Below are positions 1 to 7,804 of a stretch of 64,000 nucleotides of DNA, piece by piece. A model generated the notes under the pieces. The model was given only the letters and a program-made list of their open reading frames with translations, was not told the origin of the DNA and ran no database searches. The first letter of the stretch is position 1; each line of letters starts with the position of its first letter. Where the stretch lies: assembly GCA_965204335.1 (NCBI GenBank), contig OZ241982.1:2889691-2953690 (forward strand), read 5' to 3'. Made by a program: the position numbers and the translations under genes. Source of the stretch: Dehalococcoidia bacterium. GTDB lineage: Bacteria > Chloroflexota > Dehalococcoidia > Bin125.

Positions 1-258
1 GGCCTGCCGCAGATGAACCCCATAGTCCTGGATGGCTTCGCCGTCTGCATCGACGGTCGATCCGCTGACGAGCTGTCGCAGCGTCGCGCCCTGACTCCGT
101 GAGTTGGCTCGCTGGCAGGTGGCGTTGAGCTCGAACTCGCCCAGGGTCTCGTCGACCAACGTGGCCAGGTCGGGCGCATAGTGCGTCAGGTCGAGCCGGT
201 TGTTCTTGTGCGGGTAGAACCGGCCGACCAACCCGAACCAGGACTGAACGCCGGTGGC

Positions 259-1452
259 CTAGTATTCGGCCGTGTTTCTCCCCGCGTGCGTCCCGTCCCA
301 GGGACCCGCCGAAGCGCCTGACCGGTAAGCCCTGGCCAGGGAACCGCTGAATCCACCGCTGTTGAAGCTGCTCCGGATCGCGAAGTCGATGGCGTGGGCG
401 AACTCATGCACCGCCACGTCGTGGCCCAGATACAGGTCGTCATCGTCGCACAGCAGGTTTTCTTCGGGAATCAGCGTCGGGGTCAGACGATTCGGTCCCA
501 GACCACGCGGGCCTGCAGGACCGAAGGGCTCCAGTTCGATTCGATCTCGATACTGCCGATACGGCGTCAGCTCAAAGGTCTCTTCCGAGCGGCCGACGAC
601 GACAATATGGACCCGCTGACGGATCAAGGTCTCGCGGATGTCGGGCCGGTTGACGAGCATCTCGTCGAAGATGGCCGCGGCGCGGAAAAGCGCTTCGTCG
701 GTGACGTTCTCGGTTGCGATGACGGCGATGCCGTCAGCGTCGAGGTATTTGTCGAACGAGGCATACCAGCGGACGTGATTTGGCGGTGGTCCGAGCGGGT
801 AGAGCGCGCGGTCGCCGCTGGGCTGCAGCCACCGTGTTGCCGCAGTAGCGAAGATCCAGAGTCCGTCACCCCGACGTAGTCGATGTTGCGGCTCGAGGCT
901 CGGACGGGAGCCGGCCTGGTAGAGCGCGAGATCGCCGTTCTCCGGGTTCGAATAGCGGGCGTGCGTGAAGGGCTCTCCGATCGAGCGGACCGCCAGGTCG
1001 ACTGGCGTGCCGCTTGGGCCAGTCCAGGCGACGAGGTTTGGGCCGGGCTTCAGCATGACCCATTCGCCATCGGCAACGGTCGGTTGACTCCACTCGACCG
1101 GGTCGTCGCCGGCGATGCGCAGGACCAGGCCCATTCCCGGGCTAATGGTGCGAAGCGAGGACTGAAAGTTGGGAGCGGCAAAGTGGTAGCTGCTCGACTC
1201 GGTGTCCCAGGTGTAGATCAGTTCCGCTTGGGGAATCTGGTCGAACAGATCCTGAGAGGAGGCGGTGTACCCGACCCAGCCGATCAGATTGTCTCCGGGT
1301 TGCAGGATTCGGAGATTGGGAGAGTGTTGCTCTGCGGCCGCCAGCGCCTGGGTCAGCCACAGGGAGAGCGTCAGGATGCAAGCCAGCGCGGTCAGGCGGA
1401 AGACCGACCGACGGCCGGAGTTCTGGCGATTTCCGTAACTGGTGTTTCGCAT
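259..1452 (-). CDS. secreted zincin-like metalloprotease (putative)
   Basis: The N-terminal hydrophobic stretch is consistent with a signal peptide. HEFAH (HExxH) zinc-binding motif near the C-terminus. 397 aa ORF. Confidence 0.5.
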   Translation of the reverse strand: MRNTSYGNRQNSGRRSVFRLTALACILTLSLWLTQALAAAEQHSPNLRILQPGDNLIGWVGYTASSQDLFDQIPQAELIYTWDTESSSYHFAAPNFQSSLRTISPGMGLVLRIAGDDPVEWSQPTVADGEWVMLKPGPNLVAWTGPSGTPVDLAVRSIGEPFTHARYSNPENGDLALYQAGSRPSLEPQHRLRRGDGLWIFATAATRWLQPSGDRALYPLGPPPNHVRWYASFDKYLDADGIAVIATENVTDEALFRAAAIFDEMLVNRPDIRETLIRQRVHIVVVGRSEETFELTPYRQYRDRIELEPFGPAGPRGLGPNRLTPTLIPEENLLCDDDDLYLGHDVAVHEFAHAIDFAIRSSFNSGGFSGSLARAYRSGASAGPWDGTHAGRNTAEY

Positions 1453-1550
1453 TGACCTGGCAGCTCATCAACCCGGCCTACTCCTCTGCGAGATTCTAGG
1501 CGGCTGATAGACTGAGCGGCGGTTCTGCGTGCCTTGAGCGGGGAGACGTT

Positions 1551-4190
1551 ATGGCGACGATCACGATCAATGGACAGTCGGTTGAGGCCGAGGTTGGCGC
1601 TCCGCTGGTCGAGGTCATCAAGAACTCCGGTTTCCCGATCTCCAACCTGTGCTACCTCGACGGGCTGCCGCCGTACGCGGGCTGCCGCACCTGTGCGGTC
1701 GAGGTCGAGGGAATGCGCGGGTTGCCGCTGTCCTGCACGACGACCGTGATGGACGGCATGGTCGTGCGCACCGACACGCCGGAGGTCACGGAGATGCGCC
1801 AGGAGGTCCTGGCGGTGATCCTGGCCAACCATTCCGATCGCTGTCTGACCTGTCACCGGATCGAGCATTGCCGCACGGGCGAGATCTGCCTGCGCGACAA
1901 CGAGGTGACGCACCGCTGCGTGACCTGCTCGAAGAACTACCGCTGCGAGTTGCAGACAACGTGCGACGCGGCCGACGTCGGGCGGGCCAACGTCGAACCG
2001 TACCTCGACGAGGCGCGGACCTACTACCGCTTCCAGCAGCCGGAGCCGGACCGTGCGAACCCGTTCTTCGAGTTTGACCCGCAGATGTGCATCATCTGCA
2101 CGCGCTGCGTTCGGGCCTGCGACGACCTGCGGCATACGACGGCGATTACGCTGGCCGGTCGTGGATTCTCGACCATGATCGCTTTCGGCGCGGGCGGTCG
2201 GATTGACGAATCGAACTGCGATTTCTGCGGCTCCTGCGTGGACGTCTGCCCGACGGCGACCCTGATGGAAGCTCCGAACAAATGGGTGGCGCGTCCCGAC
2301 AAGTGGGTGACCACGACCTGCACCGAGTGCTCGATGGGCTGCACGATCCAGATGGGCGTGCGCGACGGCCGCGGCATCCAGGTCCGGCCGGGCAACGGCA
2401 ACGATGTGTCGCGGTCGCAGATCTGCGTGCGAGGCCGCTTCGGCTACGACCAGACGCGGGACAAGGATCGACTGCGAGCCGCGACGATCGGCCGCGGCGA
2501 AGACGCATTCGAGCAGGACGGCGACGCGGTGGCGGCGCATGCCGCGGCAGCGATTGCCGCAATCCTGGACGAGCATGGGCCGTCGGGCGTCGGCATCCTT
2601 GGCTCAGGCCAGATGACGCTGGAGGAGCTGTACGCGCTGAAGACGCTGGCGACCCGGCTTGGAGTAGGCAACCTCGATTCGTCGCTTGGGCCGGTGACGG
2701 CGGCAATCGGCGATGCGCTGATGGACGCGTTCGGCTCTGAGCATCTGCCGTCCCGGCTGACATCCGTCGAGACCGCCGACCTGGTGATCGCGATCGGCGA
2801 CGACATTTCCGCCTCGAACAACGTGCTCGGCGTGCGGATCAAGGACGCGGTGGCCAACCACGGCGCCTCGCTGGTCAGTATCTCGTCGCGCCGCAACCCG
2901 CTGGCGGACTACGCGGTGGACGACGACCACGCGATTCATCCTGCGGACGGCGACCTGGCCGGGGTCGCGCAGGCGCTGGCGACCAGCGTGGTCAAGGACC
3001 TCGAGGTTCGAACCGGCCTGTCGGATATTGAAGGTCTGTCGGACGTGAGTGGATCGAAGGACGGTATTGAGAGCGCCGCGGCGACGATGTTGCGCCGACG
3101 CGGCGGCTCTGCGGCGATCGTGGTCGCTCCGTCACGGACGAATGCGGCGCAGGCCGGCGCGCAGGTGCGAGCGGCGGCCAACCTGGCGATCGCGCTGACT
3201 GGTCCGGCCGACGCTCCGGCATCGCTGCACGTGTTGCCGCCCGAGTCGAACTCGGTCGGGCTGCGCGACCTCGGCATCGTGCCGGGCGAGGGCGGACTCG
3301 ACGCGACCGGGATGCTCGACGCCGCCCGCGACGGACGCCTGAAGGCGATGATCGTTGCGCGCGACAATCCGGTCCTGCTGCACGCGGATCGCGCGGCGAC
3401 GATCGCAGCGCTGGACAATCTGGACGCGCTGATCGTGATCGACGAGGTCGCAACCGAGACCGTCCAGCGCGCGACACACGTCTTGCCCGACGTTTCGGCC
3501 TTCGGCAAGGACGGTCATATCGCCAACGCCGACCGTCAGATCCTACGCCTTCGGACGGCGAGCGACGAGCAGCGCAACGCGCGCCCGCTCGGGCGTTGGC
3601 TGCGGGATCTCGCCAGGGATTTGCCGGCCGTAGAGACGCCGACGACCAACGAGGAAGGCGAACCGGGCGAACCGATTCCGGCGCCGGCGCAACCGCAAAA
3701 CGTGCGAGACGCGCAACTGGCGCTGGCCGAGCTCGACAGCCGTTACTCGTCGCTGGCCGAGCCCGGCGCGATTCAGACGCGGATGCCGGTCAACGGCGCG
3801 GCCACGCAACGCTTCCTCGCTGTTCCCCCGACGGGCGCGGCAAACGGCGACGGTTCGCTGACCCTGCTCTCCGGCCGCGACCTCTACACGGATCGGCTCA
3901 GCGCGGCTCGCGGCGACACCGACGCGGACCTGTTGCACCGCTCCGAGGGCGTGCAGATCAATCCAGCGGACGCGGCATCGCTGGGCATCGAGGATGGATC
4001 CAACGTCAGCCTCTCCGCCAATGGCGCACAGATCATCCTGGCGGCGGAGATCACCGAGGACATCCCGGCCGGGGCGGTCTGGACATCGAGCCTGGCCGGG
4101 GCGGGCGCCGTCCAGGCGCTCCAGGCGGCGAACGCCGCGCAACTGACGTCGGTGACCGTCGCGGCGAGCGAGGACGCAGCTTCCGCCTGA
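1551..4190 (+). CDS. NuoG/FdhA-like molybdopterin oxidoreductase with 2Fe-2S and 4Fe-4S clusters; appears to be an orphan with no nuo neighbours
   Basis: N-terminal 2Fe-2S ferredoxin-like Cys pattern (CxxxxxxxxxxCxxC...C). His-containing CHRIEHC cluster. CIICTRCVRAC and CDFCGSCVDVCP 4Fe-4S motifs. CTECSMGC molybdopterin-oxidoreductase Fe4S4 motif followed by a long molybdopterin-type domain. Confidence 0.7.
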   Translation: MATITINGQSVEAEVGAPLVEVIKNSGFPISNLCYLDGLPPYAGCRTCAVEVEGMRGLPLSCTTTVMDGMVVRTDTPEVTEMRQEVLAVILANHSDRCLTCHRIEHCRTGEICLRDNEVTHRCVTCSKNYRCELQTTCDAADVGRANVEPYLDEARTYYRFQQPEPDRANPFFEFDPQMCIICTRCVRACDDLRHTTAITLAGRGFSTMIAFGAGGRIDESNCDFCGSCVDVCPTATLMEAPNKWVARPDKWVTTTCTECSMGCTIQMGVRDGRGIQVRPGNGNDVSRSQICVRGRFGYDQTRDKDRLRAATIGRGEDAFEQDGDAVAAHAAAAIAAILDEHGPSGVGILGSGQMTLEELYALKTLATRLGVGNLDSSLGPVTAAIGDALMDAFGSEHLPSRLTSVETADLVIAIGDDISASNNVLGVRIKDAVANHGASLVSISSRRNPLADYAVDDDHAIHPADGDLAGVAQALATSVVKDLEVRTGLSDIEGLSDVSGSKDGIESAAATMLRRRGGSAAIVVAPSRTNAAQAGAQVRAAANLAIALTGPADAPASLHVLPPESNSVGLRDLGIVPGEGGLDATGMLDAARDGRLKAMIVARDNPVLLHADRAATIAALDNLDALIVIDEVATETVQRATHVLPDVSAFGKDGHIANADRQILRLRTASDEQRNARPLGRWLRDLARDLPAVETPTTNEEGEPGEPIPAPAQPQNVRDAQLALAELDSRYSSLAEPGAIQTRMPVNGAATQRFLAVPPTGAANGDGSLTLLSGRDLYTDRLSAARGDTDADLLHRSEGVQINPADAASLGIEDGSNVSLSANGAQIILAAEITEDIPAGAVWTSSLAGAGAVQALQAANAAQLTSVTVAASEDAASA

Positions 4191-4218
4191 GGCTTCGTCA
4201 GCGGACAAGATTGTTGCG

Positions 4219-4268
4219 ACGTCGATCTCGATCGAGAACGGCAGCGTTCCCGATCGAGATCGAGGACG
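4219..4268. terminator. imperfect long hairpin just downstream of the NuoG-like gene (tcgatctcgatcga...tcgatcgagatcga)
   Basis: 14-bp perfect inverted repeat around a palindromic spacer. No T-tract, so its function is uncertain: terminator, or a regulatory site for the downstream gene. Confidence 0.3.
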
Positions 4269-4385
4269 TGACGATCGCTATACCCTGTTGACATCTTGCA
4301 CGCGAACACCGTCACAACGCTCCCAACCACGACCTGATTCGCGCAATGGTCATCTTTCCCTATTCATTCGGCGAATCGATCTGCC

Positions 4386-5639
4386 ATGACGTTGCAACAC
4401 TCCGACCCGCCATTTGCCCCGCCTCGCGGACATCACGTATTCATCGACGGACCATCGATTGACGGCACGCTGGGGCGCGTGATCGGCCAACCGCCGGGGC
4501 CCGACACTCGGCCGGATTGGCGACGTCTCGAGTCGTTTGTCAAGCAGAGCTGCGGCCCGGCTCCCTACACGGCGACGTTCGTGTTCTGGGCGCCCGGGCA
4601 GCAAGGATTCATGCATTTTCTCCAGTCCTCGGGCTTCATGATCGCGCTCGGCGATCGGTTCGTCCCGGGCCAGAGCTGCGCCGATCTGATTCGGGAGCGG
4701 ATCGCGAGACTCAACGACGCTGCGCTGCCCGACCAGGAATGGCAAGTCATCGTTGGCACGCACAACGAGGACCTGATCGCCGATCTGCCGCAGCTCGCCG
4801 ACCAGGCGGATCGGGTCAGCGTGTTCGGATTCACCGAGTTCTTCCCGGATGCGCCCGAACTTGAGCAGCAGATCGACTTCTACGACATCGAGGACGACGC
4901 GCAGTTGTTCCGCGCTCCGCTGCCACGGGTCGAGTTCGACGACGCCGAAGACTTCTTCGTCACAGAACCCGCGGCGGCCTTTCAACCGCAGCTGGTCGAG
5001 CCGCAGGCGCTGGAGCCGCCGATCGCTCCGCCGACCTTCCGGCGTCTCGAGAGCGAAGGTGTTCGCGACTTCTTCCTGATCGTGGACGGCCGCAGCATCG
5101 AGAAGGAACTGGGCGAGATCCTGGGCGAGAAACCGAATCCCGGCACCCGGCCGGACTGGGGCACGGTGCTCGATTTCGCCCGCAGCCGCTCGCAGTCCGC
5201 CGACGGCGACGTCAAGGCGCTGTTCGCGCACATCGCTCCCGGTCACGCGGGATTTCGGCGCGCCCTCAAGGACCTGGGCTATACGTCAAGCCCGGTGCGT
5301 CCGGACGACTCGCAGCCGATGCGGCCGGTGGTGGAGGAGTTCATCTGCGGGCTGCTGGGCGCGAGAACGCTGAGCGGGGACGCCGGCGAGGCGCCCGACA
5401 TCATGGTGCTGGGACACGGCCAGGCGATCTTCGAGGCGCTGAGCGGCATCCCCGACCGGGGCCAGCGGCTCTGTGCGCTTGGTTTTCCCGAGCGCATGCC
5501 TCCGTCCGAGTTTTATCCGCGGATCGAGCGACTTGACATCGAACGGGACGCGCACGCGTTCGGCGCGGAACTGCCGCGCGAGTTCGGCGTTGACGTGGAC
5601 GACTTCGATCCGGATGAAGAGCTCTCCAGGCTGTTCTGA
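4386..5639 (+). CDS. hypothetical protein with two tandem NYN/LabA-like domains
   Basis: Two internal repeats of the pattern hhIDG.SI...LG.I.G..P.PGTRPDW followed by ~120 aa with conserved acidic residues, typical of NYN (LabA-like) nuclease-fold domains. The two domains are joined by an acidic Pro-rich linker. Confidence 0.45.
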   Translation: MTLQHSDPPFAPPRGHHVFIDGPSIDGTLGRVIGQPPGPDTRPDWRRLESFVKQSCGPAPYTATFVFWAPGQQGFMHFLQSSGFMIALGDRFVPGQSCADLIRERIARLNDAALPDQEWQVIVGTHNEDLIADLPQLADQADRVSVFGFTEFFPDAPELEQQIDFYDIEDDAQLFRAPLPRVEFDDAEDFFVTEPAAAFQPQLVEPQALEPPIAPPTFRRLESEGVRDFFLIVDGRSIEKELGEILGEKPNPGTRPDWGTVLDFARSRSQSADGDVKALFAHIAPGHAGFRRALKDLGYTSSPVRPDDSQPMRPVVEEFICGLLGARTLSGDAGEAPDIMVLGHGQAIFEALSGIPDRGQRLCALGFPERMPPSEFYPRIERLDIERDAHAFGAELPREFGVDVDDFDPDEELSRLF

Positions 5640-5667
5640 GCGCGGCCCCGGAAGACCGGCGGACGGA

Positions 5668-6837
5668 CTAGAGGTCGAACGGCAGGGCGCTGCCGATCGC
5701 AAACGTGATCCCGGCGAAGACGACGCCGACAAACACGGAGCGGGCGGCGGAATAGAGCGGGTTGCGGCTGGTCACGAGCGACGTGAACAGTCCGGCGATC
5801 GCGAGCGTGACGACGCTGGCCACGACTCCCGCGACGAGCGCCCAGTAGTTGACCGTCCAGTCCGCTGCGTGCCAAAGCAGGAAGGGAACCAGCGGAATTA
5901 ATGCGCCCAACGAAAACGACAGGAACGAGCTGACAGCGGCCGTCCAGGGATTGGCCAGACCTTCCGGATCGAGCCCCAGCTCTTCGCGCACCATCGTGTC
6001 GACCAGCGCGTCGGGCTTCTGCGAGAGTTCGGCGGCGACCTGCTCGGCCAGTTCCTGGGAGAGCCCCTTGGCTCGATAGATGCTGATCAGCTCGCGCCGC
6101 TCTTCCCCCGGATCGAGCAGCACTTCGTCGCGCTCCATCGCGATCTGCCGCTGCAGTACCTCGGACTGGCTGCGGACCGAGATGTATTCGCCGCCGGCCA
6201 TCGAGAACGCGCCGGCCAGCCAGCCGCCGATCCCGGCGACGAGGACGGCCTCGGAGCCGATGGCGACGCCGGCGACGCCGGCGATCAGGGCGAGATTGGA
6301 AACGATGCCGTCGTTGAGACCGAACAGCGCGGCGCGAAAGGTCGAGGCGCCCTGCGAGCCGATTCCGGCGTGACCCTCGCCGATCGCCCCGACAGCGCCG
6401 AACTGCGGCGCCAGCTCGGCCAGCGTGGCTCGATGTTCGCGTTCCTCTTCGGCCAGTCCGCCCGAGTCGGGGTCGGCGACGTAGCGTTGAATGTCGACGA
6501 GTTCCTCGCGGCGCAACTGGGAAATGATGTATCCGAGGCCGAAGATTCGAGCCTCAAAGGCCATCAGCCTCACCCGAAGGGAGGGCCGGTGCCCCTCGAC
6601 GTACGCGCCCGGCTCGTGGTCGCCGAGCAACGCGATCCAGTGACCGGCGTGTTCGCGTTCGGATTCGGCCATGTTGCGCAAGACCGTCGCCGGTTGCGAT
6701 TCGCTCAAGCCGGCCAGGCGGTCGTACAGCCAGGCCGCGTCGAGTTCGTCGCCGATCATCTCACGCACACGCTCGATTCGCTCATCCGTGAGCGGCACGT
6801 GCGCCTGAGCCACCGGGGGCGGATCCATGGTCGCCAT
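5668..6837 (-). CDS. ferritin-like/rubrerythrin domain fused to a VIT1/CCC1 iron transporter domain
   Basis: ExxH ferritin-like motifs (ESEREHAGHW, EEEREHRATL) at the N-terminus. C-terminal Gly-rich multi-TM VIT1-type region. Start chosen at ATG 6837, downstream of the annotated ORF start 6978 (MATMDPP). Confidence 0.65.
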   Translation of the reverse strand: MATMDPPPVAQAHVPLTDERIERVREMIGDELDAAWLYDRLAGLSESQPATVLRNMAESEREHAGHWIALLGDHEPGAYVEGHRPSLRVRLMAFEARIFGLGYIISQLRREELVDIQRYVADPDSGGLAEEEREHRATLAELAPQFGAVGAIGEGHAGIGSQGASTFRAALFGLNDGIVSNLALIAGVAGVAIGSEAVLVAGIGGWLAGAFSMAGGEYISVRSQSEVLQRQIAMERDEVLLDPGEERRELISIYRAKGLSQELAEQVAAELSQKPDALVDTMVREELGLDPEGLANPWTAAVSSFLSFSLGALIPLVPFLLWHAADWTVNYWALVAGVVASVVTLAIAGLFTSLVTSRNPLYSAARSVFVGVVFAGITFAIGSALPFDL

Positions 6838-6934
6838 GCGGCCAGTGTATCCCGCTACACCGGGCAATCCTGTCGATGCGCGATGATCAGAACACATAGC
6901 AACTGCAACAGAGACCTGTTTCGGAGCCGGCGCC

Positions 6935-7804
6935 ATGCTCAAGTTGGGATTGCCCAAGGGATCGCTCGAAGCGTCCACGTTCGACCTGTTTCGGCGCGCC
7001 GGATTCCATGTCTCGGTCCACTCGCGTTCTTACTTCCCCGAGATCGATGACGAGAGCATCAGTTGCACGATGTTTCGTGCGCAGGAGATGGCTCGTTATG
7101 TGGAGGACGGCGTGGTTGACGTCGGGATCACCGGGCACGACTGGGTCGTCGAGACGGGCGCCGACGTGGTCGAGGTCGCGGAGATGACGTACAGCAAGGC
7201 GACCAGCCGGCCGGCTCGCTGGGTGCTCGCGGTCCCGGCCGAGTCACAGGTCACCCAGATTGAGCAGCTCGAAGGCGGCGTGATCGCCACGGAACTGGTC
7301 CGTACGACGCGTCAGTTCTTCGAGCAACGCGGAATCGACGTGCGGGTCGAGTTCAGCTGGGGCGCGACGGAAGTGAAGGCGCGGATCATCGACGCGATCG
7401 TCGATGTGACGGAGACCGGATCGTCGCTGCGAGCCAACAACCTGCGGGTGATCGCCGAGGTGCTGGAGAGCACCGCTCGGCTGGTGGCGAACCAGGACGC
7501 CTGGGCCGATCCGAGGCGCCGCGAGAAGATCGAAGCGATCAACACACTGCTCCAGGGCGCGATCGCCGCGACCACCAAGGTCGGGCTGAAGCTGAACACG
7601 CCCCGTGAGCGGCTGGAGGACGTGCTCGCCATCATTGGCAAATTCGGCGAGCACGCCCCCACCATCAGTCCCCTGATCGACAGCTCATGGGTTGCGCTGG
7701 AGATTATTCTCGATGAGCGCCAGGAGCGAGAGATGATCCCCGAACTGCGCCGCGCCGGGGCCAGCGGCCTGGTCAGCTACCCGCTGAACAAGGTCATCTC
7801 CTGA
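6935..7804 (+). CDS. hisG: ATP phosphoribosyltransferase, long form
   Basis: MLKLGLPKGSLE start. 289 aa length and HisG catalytic plus C-terminal regulatory domain sequence. Confidence 0.85.
   Translation: MLKLGLPKGSLEASTFDLFRRAGFHVSVHSRSYFPEIDDESISCTMFRAQEMARYVEDGVVDVGITGHDWVVETGADVVEVAEMTYSKATSRPARWVLAVPAESQVTQIEQLEGGVIATELVRTTRQFFEQRGIDVRVEFSWGATEVKARIIDAIVDVTETGSSLRANNLRVIAEVLESTARLVANQDAWADPRRREKIEAINTLLQGAIAATTKVGLKLNTPRERLEDVLAIIGKFGEHAPTISPLIDSSWVALEIILDERQEREMIPELRRAGASGLVSYPLNKVIS

Noticed and set aside
1392-2576. Long antisense ORFs opposite real genes throughout the window. Examples: 1392-2576(-), 2146-2763(-), 21688-23436(-), 29044-30273(+), 30433-31665(+), 33348-35006(+), 36851-38497(+), 42006-43280(+), 50826-52739(+), 53692-54930(+), 55327-56346(-), 58009-58905(+).
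   Set aside because: Their translations are Arg/Ala/Gly/Pro-rich low-complexity sequences typical of shadow frames in ~68% GC DNA. They lie fully inside genes with clear domain signatures on the other strand.
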